A stretch of DNA of 64,000 nt from Christensenellaceae bacterium (GTDB taxonomy: Bacteria; Bacillota; Clostridia; Christensenellales; Borkfalkiaceae). Location: contig JAZRKO010000001.1 of assembly GCA_045646405.1 (NCBI GenBank), positions 15,566 through 79,565 of the forward strand. Direction: 5' to 3'. A model generated the notes under the pieces. The model saw only the letters and a list, made by a program, of their open reading frames with translations. It made no database searches and was not told where the DNA came from. Numbering within the stretch: the stretch's first letter is position 1; every line of letters starts with the position of its first letter. Made by a program: the position numbers and the translations under genes. This document shows positions 35,386-46,027 of the stretch, in pieces.

Positions 35386-36573
35386 TTATATCTCTAAATC
35401 TTTGATAAGTTGCTTAACTGCGCTGTTTTTCTCTTGCGAAACTGAATTATAAGCCTGCATTTCCTTTTTAATTTTGCCAGCGTTACCCGTAAACAATCTT
35501 TCAAACCAACGATGCAAGTGACAAAACGGAAGTAACCATTTGTGTTTTTTAAGTATCGGGTAGCGCGTCTTCATAGAATTATACGGCAAAAATATTCTCT
35601 TAAACAAATATTTTCCGCGACTATCTCCTTGCGCCTTGTTCATTGCAATCTTATTATTCAAATTTCCGTATACACCGCCGGTTAAAAGATATTCTTGCAT
35701 ATTTAGGGTTAATTCAGTGTGGTTTTTATCTCCAAACCAAACTTCACACAAATCGCAAGCAGCGTTATAAAACTTCAAAATTTTGCCTTTTTCTAAAAGA
35801 GTAGTTAATTTTTCTTGGTCAATTTCAAAACGATTTCTTAAAATAAATAAATCAATGAACGGACGAATTCCACATCCACCACCAACAAAGTGGTAAGACA
35901 TATGCGCCAACATATGAAAAATAAAAAATTCGTTTTCTACCCTATATTCAAATCCGCCTTGTTCAATGGGATAAGCGTAATCCCACACGTCTTTAAGAAC
36001 GTAGTCAATCTTCTTAATATTTTCTAAAATGTTAAAATGTAGTTCTAAATGCACGTTAGACGAAAACATTAAAGAAACGTCGTGGAAATTTTTATCCCCT
36101 TCTTTTCTACACCCCAAGTTGTCAACTAACGCCTTTATTGCCCTATCAAGGTCTTGCTCTTTAACAAGCACGTCAATATCACAACTCGTACGCAACCAAG
36201 GTTCGGGATAATAATCTCTAATTACCGCGCCTTTTAACGGAATAAAGGGTATCTTTTCCGCATTTAGCGTTTCGCATATCTTTCTGTATTCATAAATCAA
36301 CTGTTCATAACGGTAAAAAGCCAAAAAGTATTGCTTCTTAAAAGCCTCTTCAATTTCTAATTGTAAAGATAAATTCAACTTGTTTATTGAATTAAATACC
36401 AAGTGTGCTAAATCGTGTTTTTTTGACAACACAAATAATTCTCGCTGCATTTTGGGCGAAATTTCAGTTTTTTCTAGTCCACAGTCTTCCGTTATTTCGT
36501 TTTTAATCAATGAAAACAGCAAGTTTTCGGTTTTGAGTCCTTCCATATTAGTCTTAAAATTATACCTCTTCAA
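35386..36573 (-). CDS. Uncharacterised nucleotidyltransferase-family protein (NTP_transf_5-like)
   Basis: RTSCDIDVLV and HLELHFN motifs with a helical N-terminal region. It is embedded between fnlB and fnlC. Confidence 0.55.
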   Translation of the reverse strand: MKRYNFKTNMEGLKTENLLFSLIKNEITEDCGLEKTEISPKMQRELFVLSKKHDLAHLVFNSINKLNLSLQLEIEEAFKKQYFLAFYRYEQLIYEYRKICETLNAEKIPFIPLKGAVIRDYYPEPWLRTSCDIDVLVKEQDLDRAIKALVDNLGCRKEGDKNFHDVSLMFSSNVHLELHFNILENIKKIDYVLKDVWDYAYPIEQGGFEYRVENEFFIFHMLAHMSYHFVGGGCGIRPFIDLFILRNRFEIDQEKLTTLLEKGKILKFYNAACDLCEVWFGDKNHTELTLNMQEYLLTGGVYGNLNNKIAMNKAQGDSRGKYLFKRIFLPYNSMKTRYPILKKHKWLLPFCHLHRWFERLFTGNAGKIKKEMQAYNSVSQEKNSAVKQLIKDLEI

Positions 36574-37759
36574 AAAAAGTATCTGGTTTTTTAGGGGAAA
36601 AATTCTCGTTCGCCCACATAACCGTAACTAAATCTTGCGTGCTTGATAAGTTTATTATGTTGTGGGTGTAGCCGGGTAGCATATGCACCGCTTGAATTTT
36701 ATCACCGCTAACTTCGTATTTGATAACTTCGTTAGTGCCGATTTTTCGCTCTTCGATAAGACCGTGACCAGAAACGACTATAAAGAATTCCCACTTACTG
36801 TGGTGCCAGTGTTGACCTTTTACCGCGTTAGGCTTTGAAATATTGATTGAAACTTGCCCACCACCTATCGTCTTTATAAGTTCGGTAAAACTACCGCGTT
36901 CGTCTGCGCTAGTTTTTAGGTCGAATATCGCCTTTTCACTAGGAAGGTACGATAAATAAGTTGAATATAATTTTTTAGCAAAACTACCCTCTTTAATTTC
37001 GGGTATTATTAAAGTTTTGGGTTGCTTTGCAAACTCGTATAAAAGATTTACTATCTCGCCAAGCGTAACCTTGTGCGTAGTTGGAACGAACGAGTATCTC
37101 CCGCTTTCGCTTTTAACGGGGGTGAGCCCGTCGTAATCGCAACGGTTACCTTGACCTTCTAAAAGGTCAAGCATTTCTTTAACTAAGTCGTCGATATACA
37201 AAAGTTCAAGCTTTATAGACGGGTCGGTTACCGTGATAGAAAGGTCGTTCGCTACGTTATTGCAAAAAGTCGCTACCGCGCTGTTATAGTTTGGTCTGCA
37301 CCACTTGCCGAAAAGGTTGGGAAAGCGATAGACGTAAACCTTAGCGCCCGTTTCTTTTTCGTAGTCAAAAAACAGTTCTTCGCCCGCTTTTTTGCTCTTG
37401 CCGTACTCGCCGTCAGCGTATCTACCTATAAGCGTTGCCTGAATTGACGACGATAGCATCACAGGGCATTTATTACCGTGTTTTTTAAGCGCTGATAATA
37501 AATCACTTGCAAAACCGAAGTTACCTTTCATAAACTCATCTTGATTTTGCGGGCGGTTAACACCTGCTAGGTTAAAGCAAAAATCACAATTTTTGGCGTA
37601 GTTATCGAGTTCGGCGGGCGTGCCGTCGATATCGTATTCGTAAATCTCGTCAATTTTAAGGTTTGGGCGAGTTCTATCCTTTCCGTCTTTTATATTTTTA
37701 AGGCTTTCTACTAGGTTTTTACCAACGAAACCCTTTGCGCCCGTAACTAAAATTTTCAT
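36560..37759 (-). CDS. fnlB: FnlB/CapF/WbjC-like bifunctional reductase/epimerase (SDR plus C-terminal cupin)
   Basis: N-terminal Rossmann ILVTGAKGFVGKNL and a C-terminal cupin (GQHWHHSKWEFFIVVSGHG), as in CapF. Confidence 0.8.
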   Translation of the reverse strand: MKILVTGAKGFVGKNLVESLKNIKDGKDRTRPNLKIDEIYEYDIDGTPAELDNYAKNCDFCFNLAGVNRPQNQDEFMKGNFGFASDLLSALKKHGNKCPVMLSSSIQATLIGRYADGEYGKSKKAGEELFFDYEKETGAKVYVYRFPNLFGKWCRPNYNSAVATFCNNVANDLSITVTDPSIKLELLYIDDLVKEMLDLLEGQGNRCDYDGLTPVKSESGRYSFVPTTHKVTLGEIVNLLYEFAKQPKTLIIPEIKEGSFAKKLYSTYLSYLPSEKAIFDLKTSADERGSFTELIKTIGGGQVSINISKPNAVKGQHWHHSKWEFFIVVSGHGLIEERKIGTNEVIKYEVSGDKIQAVHMLPGYTHNIINLSSTQDLVTVMWANENFSPKKPDTFFEEV

Positions 37760-37784
37760 ATTACTTACCTTTTGCCTACCTATT

Positions 37785-38831
37785 TTACTTGCCTATCTTT
37801 GCAAGTTCTTCTTTAATGTAGTCAAGAGTTAAAAGTTTAGCTTTAACTTCTTCAACCGTTAAAAGTTCAGTGTTATTGCTATTAAATTCGGCAAGCGTGT
37901 TTCTCTCAGCGTTGCCGTCGGTAAAATACTTGTCGTAGTTAAGCCCGCGGTTATCTGACGGAACGCGGTAGAAATCACCAAGGTCGATGGCGTTCGCGCA
38001 CTCTTCGTTGGTTAGAAGCGTTTCAAACATCTTCTCGCCGTGGCGAATACCTATAATTTTAATATCGTCTTTATTTCCGCCAAAGAGTTCGCATACTGCA
38101 ATAGCCTGCGTCATAATAGTACACGCTGGCGCTTTTTGAACGAGAATATCACCGCTTACACCGTTTTCAAAGGCAAATAGAACAAGGTCAACCGCCTCGT
38201 CAAGCGACATAATAAATCTGGTCATATTCGGGTCGGTAATCGTAATGGGTTGTCCATTTTTGATTTGGTCTATCCAAAGTGGGATTACAGAGCCCCTTGA
38301 ACACATAACGTTGCCGTATCTAGTACAGCAAATTTTAGTTTTGTCTGGCGAAACGGTACGTGATTTTGCCACGGCTACCCTTTCTTCAAGCGCCTTTGAA
38401 ATACCCATAGCGTTAACGGGATAAGCCGCTTTATCCGTCGATAAACAAATTATCGATTTAACGCCTTCGGCTATCGCTACGTTTAGAACGTTTTCGGTTC
38501 CTAAAACGTTGGTTTTTACCGCTTCTATCGGGAAAAATTCACACGAAGGCACTTGTTTAAGCGCCGCTGCGTGGAATACGTAGTCAACGCCGTGCATGGC
38601 GTTTTTTATAGACTGAACGTCTCTAACGTCGCCGATATGAAATTTGATTTTTTCAGCAACTTCGGGCATTTTCGCTTGATACTCGTGGCGCATATCGTCT
38701 TGTTTTTTCTCATCACGCGAGAAAATGCGAATTTCACCGATATCTGTTTTCAAAAAGCGGTTAAGTACGGCGTTGCCAAAACTACCCGTACCACCAGTTA
38801 TAAGTAACGTTTTATCCTTAAAAAGTGACAT
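37785..38831 (-). CDS. fnlA: UDP-GlcNAc 4,6-dehydratase/5-epimerase, FnlA/CapE/WbjB-like
   Basis: LITGGTGSFGNAV and the unusual MxxxK catalytic dyad context (NAMGISKAL) characteristic of CapE/FnlA. Confidence 0.88.
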   Translation of the reverse strand: MSLFKDKTLLITGGTGSFGNAVLNRFLKTDIGEIRIFSRDEKKQDDMRHEYQAKMPEVAEKIKFHIGDVRDVQSIKNAMHGVDYVFHAAALKQVPSCEFFPIEAVKTNVLGTENVLNVAIAEGVKSIICLSTDKAAYPVNAMGISKALEERVAVAKSRTVSPDKTKICCTRYGNVMCSRGSVIPLWIDQIKNGQPITITDPNMTRFIMSLDEAVDLVLFAFENGVSGDILVQKAPACTIMTQAIAVCELFGGNKDDIKIIGIRHGEKMFETLLTNEECANAIDLGDFYRVPSDNRGLNYDKYFTDGNAERNTLAEFNSNNTELLTVEEVKAKLLTLDYIKEELAKIGK

Positions 38832-38832
38832 A

Positions 38833-40362
38833 TTATTTCCCCTTCACTTTATTTAATTTTTTTATTATAAAAGACTTTTCTTCCTTATTAAGCCCTAATA
38901 GGCAAACTAGTACTAGATATATAAATGCTATTATTAAAACTTTTATTATGAAGGAAATCCAACCGTTTGACGTTATTAAATAGTTAAGTAAAACACCAAA
39001 CAAAATAGTAATAGCAAACGGAATTAGCATTTTCAAATAGCAAGATTTAATAAATTGTTTAATATCGAATTTCAAAACTTTTCCTGCTACTAAATTTATT
39101 AAAACCGCTCTTACTAAATAAGCTACGCATATTGAAATGCAAGCACCTATTACGCCGTAGAAATAAGATAATATAAACGACGCAATCACGTTTATAACAC
39201 CCGTAATAACGGTAATTATTGCTTGTAATTTTACTTTATTTGCAACAACTAATGAAGTACTTGCAATTTGAAGAGAGTTTATAAATAACCCCGGCACAAT
39301 TACAAGTAAAATACCTAAAAACGCCTGTGAATAACCTTCACCCATCCATAAATCTATGAACGCTTTTCCTAAAACAGCAAAACCTGCAACTATAAGCCCG
39401 TTAACCGCAAATTGATATTTACCAACTCTTAAAAAAAGTGGTTGAACACGTTTACCAAACGCATCCATATCACCGTCACCAGCGGTAACGTAATCTTTTG
39501 AAATTTTCGGCATAAACATACCGTTTATAGCTGTAGTTATAGTGTACGTATAACCTTCTATTACCGCAACTATTCCAAATATTGCAATTGCAGACGTGTC
39601 CGACGTAACACCCAAGATAGTTGGGGTAATATTAAATATTAAACGCTGTGCAAGTAAAGTAACCGTCGTCCACACCGAAAAACTAAATATTTCTTTATAC
39701 AAAGTTTTGTCTGTGTACTTGAAATTTATTTTTACGGGCACAGTCTTTTTAAGAACTATAAACTTAAATAATATTACCGCAAGTCCTGCTATTGCATGCA
39801 CCGTTACTAAAGCGTATAATCCATATCCTAATAAAAGCGCAACTACCGTAAAACCTACAAGTAAAAAACGATAAATAATATCTGCAAGTTTTACAGGAAT
39901 AAATTTTTCATACGCGGTAAGCACCCCGTTTTGCGTTACGAACGGAAAGTTAAATACCGCAAACGAGCCCGCTATTACGTAAACTATCTTAAATTCGTAA
40001 ATTTCTTGTGGGGTTAGTTTAACGTAAATTGTATCTATTAAGAAAAACACTACTAATAGGATAGTAAAAATTATCGCGTCAATTATTAAATAAAGTTTAT
40101 ATACAACACCTAAAAAATTATTAACTTTTTCTTGATTTCCTTCCGCGCGATATTTAGAAACGAACCTTGCCGTTGCAGAACTAAGCCCAAAATCCACTAA
40201 AAATAGCGAAATTAAAGAATTAGCCAAAGTGTAAAGCCCGTAATGGCTTTTACCTATTTGGTTAACCATCCAAGGCGTATATATAAGCCCCGCTAAAATA
40301 TTAACGGCAATAGATACGTACGAAAGCACCGCACCGATTTTTAGTTGTTTTGAAGAATTCAT
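38833..40362 (-). CDS. wzx: Wzx-type oligosaccharide flippase (MOP superfamily)
   Basis: 509-aa protein with about 14 TM segments. The N-terminus is typical of polysaccharide flippases and the gene sits in a glycan locus. Confidence 0.8.
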   Translation of the reverse strand: MNSSKQLKIGAVLSYVSIAVNILAGLIYTPWMVNQIGKSHYGLYTLANSLISLFLVDFGLSSATARFVSKYRAEGNQEKVNNFLGVVYKLYLIIDAIIFTILLVVFFLIDTIYVKLTPQEIYEFKIVYVIAGSFAVFNFPFVTQNGVLTAYEKFIPVKLADIIYRFLLVGFTVVALLLGYGLYALVTVHAIAGLAVILFKFIVLKKTVPVKINFKYTDKTLYKEIFSFSVWTTVTLLAQRLIFNITPTILGVTSDTSAIAIFGIVAVIEGYTYTITTAINGMFMPKISKDYVTAGDGDMDAFGKRVQPLFLRVGKYQFAVNGLIVAGFAVLGKAFIDLWMGEGYSQAFLGILLVIVPGLFINSLQIASTSLVVANKVKLQAIITVITGVINVIASFILSYFYGVIGACISICVAYLVRAVLINLVAGKVLKFDIKQFIKSCYLKMLIPFAITILFGVLLNYLITSNGWISFIIKVLIIAFIYLVLVCLLGLNKEEKSFIIKKLNKVKGK

Positions 40363-41370
40363 TTATTTCTTCCTTGAAAATTTTCTTTTGAACATTGCTT
40401 TTATCTCGCCTTTTTCGGCAAAAATAATTCTACGGATAACGCTTTCTATTTTAGTAAAAATATTCGTTTTGAACTTTTTTGTAACTTCATTATAGTACAT
40501 TCTGTCTTCAACAACGTAATTTGGGTGTTTAAGTGGGAACTCATATTCATGAACAGGCAAATAAAACATAGCCTGTGTTTTTTTTGGCAGTTTTTTCAAT
40601 TTATTAGGTCCGTTAGTTGCATTATCAACAAGCCCTATGTTTGAAATTAAATTTTTAGTGGGCAAAATACTCATTTGATTATTAAGCGCCGAAGACATTC
40701 CACTTTGATACGTCCACGCAGTTAATTTCTGCCCTTGTTTAATCTTTTCAAGTCTTACTTTTCCTATCGCCTTTGCGTTTTTGTAATAGGGATACAAATT
40801 TTCAACGCAATCCATACAATACTCGTCTTTTAGAAATCCCATATTAAAGTCAAAACTTTGCCACGCCCTACGCCACGTAGCCCACCCACAACAACAAGAC
40901 GGTCCAAAGAAGTAATCGGCAGTTGGCTTTTTATAAAAACCTAAATGATTCATTCCGCTTATCATATAAATTCTTTGGTCAGCTTTATACTTTTCTAAAA
41001 GTTCTTTGCAAAAAGGGAAAAAACTTTGAGAAGGAACACAATCATCTTCTAAAATAATAACACTTTCAACTTGTGTAAGCGCCCAAGAAATGCCAGTATA
41101 CATACGCATACCACAACCTAAATTTTCTTCAGAATAATTCTTATAAACCTCACACTCCCAATCGATATCTTCTACAATCTCTTGGCATTTTTTTATGTTT
41201 ACAATATCATCGGGGCGATTTTTTCTTGGTCCATCACATGAAAGAAATAATTTTGACGGCTTTGCTTTTTTTACTTCATCAAAAACTTTACTTAATACGG
41301 ACGGCCTAGCAAAAAAATTTATAAATACCGCAACGTCTATTTTACTTTTATTCATAATAATTATCCTCAA
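40363..41370 (-). CDS. GT-A fold glycosyltransferase (GnT-I/HlpA-like)
   Basis: N-terminal beta-alpha start VAVFINFFARP and an EDD motif (VIILEDDCVPS). The family assignment is from memory only. Confidence 0.5.
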   Translation of the reverse strand: MRIIIMNKSKIDVAVFINFFARPSVLSKVFDEVKKAKPSKLFLSCDGPRKNRPDDIVNIKKCQEIVEDIDWECEVYKNYSEENLGCGMRMYTGISWALTQVESVIILEDDCVPSQSFFPFCKELLEKYKADQRIYMISGMNHLGFYKKPTADYFFGPSCCCGWATWRRAWQSFDFNMGFLKDEYCMDCVENLYPYYKNAKAIGKVRLEKIKQGQKLTAWTYQSGMSSALNNQMSILPTKNLISNIGLVDNATNGPNKLKKLPKKTQAMFYLPVHEYEFPLKHPNYVVEDRMYYNEVTKKFKTNIFTKIESVIRRIIFAEKGEIKAMFKRKFSRKK

Positions 41371-42493
41371 TCAATTTTTTAATATCTTGCTTAAATTGTT
41401 TATCTAACTCACTAATTTTAGCACGACTATCATAGTTATCTAATACGTTTATAGATTGGATTGCTTTTGCAATTTCTTCTGGATTATCTTCGGTATAATA
41501 ATATAATAATTCGTTAACGGCAGAAGTTTCTAACGCCTTAATTTTTACAGATACAACTCTCAACCCGTTAGCCATATACGATAACACTTTAGACGGAAAC
41601 GACGTATCGTTAAATTTAGCGTTTGGATTTTGCGTACTTAACCCTATATGGCAACTTTGAATAAACTTAATATACTCTTCACCACTTTTTAACCCATCAT
41701 ACGTTACGGTGCAGTTTCCTAAAGAATTCACTTCTTCAATAGCCTTTTTTACAAGTTTAACATCTTCATTGTTCCCAAAACCTAAAACGTGTAAATGATA
41801 CTTTTCACTCAAAAACTCTGCTGCTTTAACAGCAAATAGTGCGCCACCCTTTCTAACGTCAAAAGTGCCCGCGTATACACAATGAATTTTACCATCGTTA
41901 AACTTGTTGGCTATTTGTTTTTCAACGTTATAAGTACCGTGAATAATAGCGTACGGCTTATTTTTAATATTTACCTTACTATTTAATAACTCCGTAGGGA
42001 ATATATATGCATCTGCATTTTTGAAAAAATCAAGTTCTTTATTAACAGTTTTTCGTGATCCCGTCACGTCACCATAAATTTCTTCCACTTCTAAAACAAG
42101 TTTAAACTTTTTAATCGCTTTTGCTAGTTTTACTTGATTTATATAGGCAAGCGAATGGTAAACGATTATCTTTTCGCCCTTTTTTACGTTAAATAATAAA
42201 TAAAAAAAGATTGCAAGTTTAAAATAAATAGTTGCTAATATTTTTTGGAAAACGTTTCCCCATTTATTTGCCCTAAATAGTTTAAGTTTAACTTCGTTTG
42301 CTAAAATTTCCTCACGATTTTTAAAATATCCCTTACTAGAAGTTGTACTTGCAGAAATAATTTCAACGTCTTCCCCTTCACTTTTTATAGCGCTAGAAAT
42401 ATAATCGATTTTATTAGTCGCCGCTAAAACAAAGTTCCTACCCTCATCAAAATTTTTATCGTAATAGCATAAATATTTCATTTTATTTCTCAC
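41348..42493 (-). CDS. GT-B fold glycosyltransferase (GT4-like)
   Basis: Two-domain length, and FPSKVLSYMANGLRVVS resembles the C-terminal GT4 motif. The call is weak. Confidence 0.55.
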   Translation of the reverse strand: MRNKMKYLCYYDKNFDEGRNFVLAATNKIDYISSAIKSEGEDVEIISASTTSSKGYFKNREEILANEVKLKLFRANKWGNVFQKILATIYFKLAIFFYLLFNVKKGEKIIVYHSLAYINQVKLAKAIKKFKLVLEVEEIYGDVTGSRKTVNKELDFFKNADAYIFPTELLNSKVNIKNKPYAIIHGTYNVEKQIANKFNDGKIHCVYAGTFDVRKGGALFAVKAAEFLSEKYHLHVLGFGNNEDVKLVKKAIEEVNSLGNCTVTYDGLKSGEEYIKFIQSCHIGLSTQNPNAKFNDTSFPSKVLSYMANGLRVVSVKIKALETSAVNELLYYYTEDNPEEIAKAIQSINVLDNYDSRAKISELDKQFKQDIKKLIEDNYYE

Positions 42494-43670
42494 AAATATT
42501 TTTATAAAGTTTTATAGTTTCGTTAATTAAATTTTGTTTTTCAAAATTATCTTTAACAAACTTAACGCAGTTATTCAAATAACCACCCTTTCCGCTTGAT
42601 TTAATTTCTTTTAATTTGTCAACTATCGCGTTTACGTTACCAACGTCAACCACGTATCCGCAACCTTTTCCTATAAGTTCAGGGCAAGCCGTAGAGTTAT
42701 ATACGATAGCAGGCGCTCCACAAGCGAGCGCCTCTGTTATGACTTTACCGAACGTGTCTTCGCGGGATAAATGAACGTAAGCGTCTACTTTAGAATATAA
42801 TTTCGCTAACTCTTCCGTTGAGGAAACGTAACCCACTTTTTTTACGTTTGAAGGAAGTGGTTCATTAGTTGAAACGCTGCCTGCAAGCAAAATTTCCATA
42901 TCGGCAGGAAGAACTTTTGATAGTTTTATTAAGTCTTTAAGTTTTTCGGAATTTTCATTCCATCCAGCCCCTATACAAAGCACGGTAAACTTATCATTTT
43001 TTTCAACTTCACGCGGATAAAAAACGTCAAGATCTATCCAGTTATAAATTCGTTTAATTATTTTAGCATCTTTCAAAAAAGATTTTTTTGCCTCGCTAGT
43101 AATCCAGTCAGACACACCAACTACAGCTAAGCGTGGAATTGATAAAAACCCCTTCTTTTTTTCTTGTAATTGTTTAAAAGTTCTATCAAAAAATAAACTA
43201 GGTATGTCTTTTTTAAGTTGTGGGCAATTACCACAATTATCTTGCCATTTATAACACTTTTGAGTTGTGTAATGCGTACACTTACCAGTAAAAAACCAAC
43301 AATCGTGTAAAGTAATTACGGTTGCAATATCTTTTTTAGATAAAAACCTCAAAATTTTTGGTAAATTTACGTAGTTACCGTGTAGATTATGTAGATGAAC
43401 AACGTCCGGTTTGAAATCTTTAAGTGTTTTTATGATTTTGCGAGTTGAAAAATATGAATAATGGTTATCGTATCCAAAAATTCGCGCAAATAAAGCGTGA
43501 AGTTTATTTTCCAAACAACTTCCAACTCGCACGTGATTTTCGTCACTAAAATCACTTGATGTTATTATTAAGTTTTTAATTCCGTTTTGGTTAAATGCAC
43601 TTGACAACTCTTTCACAATTCGCCCAGTGCTACCCCTTTCATAAACGGCGTTAATTTGAACAGTTTTCAT
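42483..43670 (-). CDS. Glycosyltransferase family 4
   Basis: EX7E motif in REDTFGKVITEALACGAPAIV. Confidence 0.8.
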   Translation of the reverse strand: MKTVQINAVYERGSTGRIVKELSSAFNQNGIKNLIITSSDFSDENHVRVGSCLENKLHALFARIFGYDNHYSYFSTRKIIKTLKDFKPDVVHLHNLHGNYVNLPKILRFLSKKDIATVITLHDCWFFTGKCTHYTTQKCYKWQDNCGNCPQLKKDIPSLFFDRTFKQLQEKKKGFLSIPRLAVVGVSDWITSEAKKSFLKDAKIIKRIYNWIDLDVFYPREVEKNDKFTVLCIGAGWNENSEKLKDLIKLSKVLPADMEILLAGSVSTNEPLPSNVKKVGYVSSTEELAKLYSKVDAYVHLSREDTFGKVITEALACGAPAIVYNSTACPELIGKGCGYVVDVGNVNAIVDKLKEIKSSGKGGYLNNCVKFVKDNFEKQNLINETIKLYKNICEK

Positions 43671-43678
43671 AATAAATA

Positions 43679-44737
43679 TTAAAATATTAATGCAAAATTG
43701 GTATTCAATAGCCTATATGCAAATAATGCAATTGACAAAACTATAACTATTGAATTGATTAGTAATTTGCTTTTACCATCAAACTCAGAAATTACTTTTG
43801 GCAGTAAAAGAATTGTAAAATAGAAAAAGTAGTAAGAAATTCTTTCATATATTTGAGTAGATAAATATCTAATTATGTAAAAAGACGCTCCCATTAAAAC
43901 TAATAATAAGGGTAGAAATGATTGTTTATCCCACTTTTTGTTAAATAATAAAGATACAACTATTGTGATTAGATAGATTAGAACTACAATTACCCCACCA
44001 GAATCAAAACTTTCCCCGCCATAATAATTTTCTCCCGTCATGCTATCATATAGGAAAGAAATATTGTCTGCAAAAGCAATAAATAACACAAGTGCCGTTA
44101 TAAAAAATAAAATATAATTCCATTTAGGCTTCATAAATGCTAAAAAATATGAAAAAGCAAAAATTAAAGCCGATTTATGAAAAGACATTGCAAGTAGTAT
44201 TACTAAAACAAACGGTATAAATTTTTTATCCTTTATAAAATCATAAGCAAGCAAACAAATACTCATTGCAACGCCCTGCCTTAAACCATTCATATTAAAA
44301 GTAAAAAGACCAAGCGTTATATACATAACGACAGATAAAACAACGTCGCTAGAATGTTTTGAAATAAATTTTAAGGTGCATACGGTAACAATAATTGCAG
44401 TAATAATAAGTAGCCATTGCGAATTGGGAAACATATTTGCAAGTAGCCAAACGTAAACAGAAAACCCAACTTCTGAAAACAATAATGAACTATCAGCGCT
44501 ACGTTGATTTATAAAATCTAAAAACCCAATACCAGAGTTTTTTACGCTTTCAAACAAATTACAATAACCATTAGTATCGCCTGAACCAGAAAACCTACTT
44601 CTTAAACCCATAACAAAAATTATACACAAACCGCAAATGGTTAGGTATATATTCTTTTTACTTCTATTTTCAGTTATATCGCCCATAAACGCCTTTATTA
44701 TAATTGGCGACACGGCTAATAGTAATAATGGTATCAT
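43679..44737 (-). CDS. wzy: EpsG/Wzy-type polysaccharide polymerase
   Basis: 352-aa polytopic membrane protein, very AT-rich, in a glycan locus. The hydrophobic pattern is EpsG-like. Confidence 0.65.
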   Translation of the reverse strand: MIPLLLLAVSPIIIKAFMGDITENRSKKNIYLTICGLCIIFVMGLRSRFSGSGDTNGYCNLFESVKNSGIGFLDFINQRSADSSLLFSEVGFSVYVWLLANMFPNSQWLLIITAIIVTVCTLKFISKHSSDVVLSVVMYITLGLFTFNMNGLRQGVAMSICLLAYDFIKDKKFIPFVLVILLAMSFHKSALIFAFSYFLAFMKPKWNYILFFITALVLFIAFADNISFLYDSMTGENYYGGESFDSGGVIVVLIYLITIVVSLLFNKKWDKQSFLPLLLVLMGASFYIIRYLSTQIYERISYYFFYFTILLLPKVISEFDGKSKLLINSIVIVLSIALFAYRLLNTNFALIF

Positions 44738-46020
44738 AAAATATTATTTTGAGATTTTACTAAATTTTCTAAACGGGTTTTAATTCCGCTTTGAATTTCA
44801 TATATGTTTCTATCGTTTTTCAAATAACTGTGAACGTTATTCGCCATAACTTCTAAATCAATTTCACTATTAAACAATTTGCTTAAAGTAGTTTGCAGTT
44901 CTTCATTACTTTCAGCAACTATTGCAAGGTTATGATTTTTTAGAACTTGTATTGAATTTACCTCTCTCGACCCTACCGCAAAAATAGGTTTTCCGCTAAG
45001 CATATAGTCGATAATCTTTGTAGAAAATGACATTTTTGCCGAAGAAACGCCTTGTTTAGAAAAACTTTCTACGTGAACTAAATAATCCGCTTGTTGCTGA
45101 ACGACTTTCACTTCTTGCGCGCTAATAGCACCCATGAAAACAATGCTATTAGATTGGCTTAATGATTTTTTCATTTTATCGTCAATCGTGGTAGCGGAAT
45201 ATATATACAATTTTGCATTTTTGTTTGCTTCATCAAGCGCAACGCCTATATCGCTTAAAACGTTATATCTGTTAGTTCCTATATTGCCGGTGTAAACGAA
45301 TTTAATTTCGCGTTCGTTTGAAATTTCGTATTTAATATCGCCTATATCTTCAGGTTTTACACCCTTTCCTATCAAATAGCAAGGAACGTTAAAAATCTTT
45401 TGATATTCTTCCTTCATATTCTCGGCAAAAACTTCAAGGTACTCGCATTTTTGAATAAGATTTTTAACCTTTTTTCTAGTAGTTTTGTTATACGCTTTTG
45501 CAAGTGGCGATTTACTAGTTGATTTGGCGTAAACATCATCAGAAATATGCCCGACAACGGGAACTTTTAGTTTGTCGACTAAATAACTTTGAACGTCGCA
45601 CATATGAGGTGACGAATATATTGGAAGGTAGATAACGTCAGGTTTTATCTCTTCTAAAAAAGAATTAAGGACTTTACTTTTTTTCCATTTGCCGAGTTTC
45701 CAAATTAAATCTCTTACAACAAACGAAATAGTCCTTCTTTTTTTTCTAGCGTTTAGGGAAACTTCTTCTTCAAAAGAACTATTCGTGCTTTCATTTTCAA
45801 TATTCCTAGCTGGATCGTATTTGAATTTGTATATGCTTTTTAGAACTGTTTTATCGGTTAGTTGGCAGGATTTTTTTACAACCGTATTATTTGAAACACC
45901 GTGCTTTAAGCAAAGATTGTAAATTTCCACACCGTCCATATTTTCAAACAAGTTTGAAAAAGTATTACCAAAACTATTAGAATTATCCCAAGGGGTTCTT
46001 GATACGACTAAAATTCTCAT
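44734..46020 (-). CDS. GT-B fold glycosyltransferase
   Basis: The start is chosen at MRILVVSRTPWD, which has an AGGA RBS. The motifs FVYTGNIG and KIIDYMLSGKPIFAVG are GT4-like. Confidence 0.55.
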   Translation of the reverse strand: MRILVVSRTPWDNSNSFGNTFSNLFENMDGVEIYNLCLKHGVSNNTVVKKSCQLTDKTVLKSIYKFKYDPARNIENESTNSSFEEEVSLNARKKRRTISFVVRDLIWKLGKWKKSKVLNSFLEEIKPDVIYLPIYSSPHMCDVQSYLVDKLKVPVVGHISDDVYAKSTSKSPLAKAYNKTTRKKVKNLIQKCEYLEVFAENMKEEYQKIFNVPCYLIGKGVKPEDIGDIKYEISNEREIKFVYTGNIGTNRYNVLSDIGVALDEANKNAKLYIYSATTIDDKMKKSLSQSNSIVFMGAISAQEVKVVQQQADYLVHVESFSKQGVSSAKMSFSTKIIDYMLSGKPIFAVGSREVNSIQVLKNHNLAIVAESNEELQTTLSKLFNSEIDLEVMANNVHSYLKNDRNIYEIQSGIKTRLENLVKSQNNIL

Positions 46021-46027
46021 AACCATC

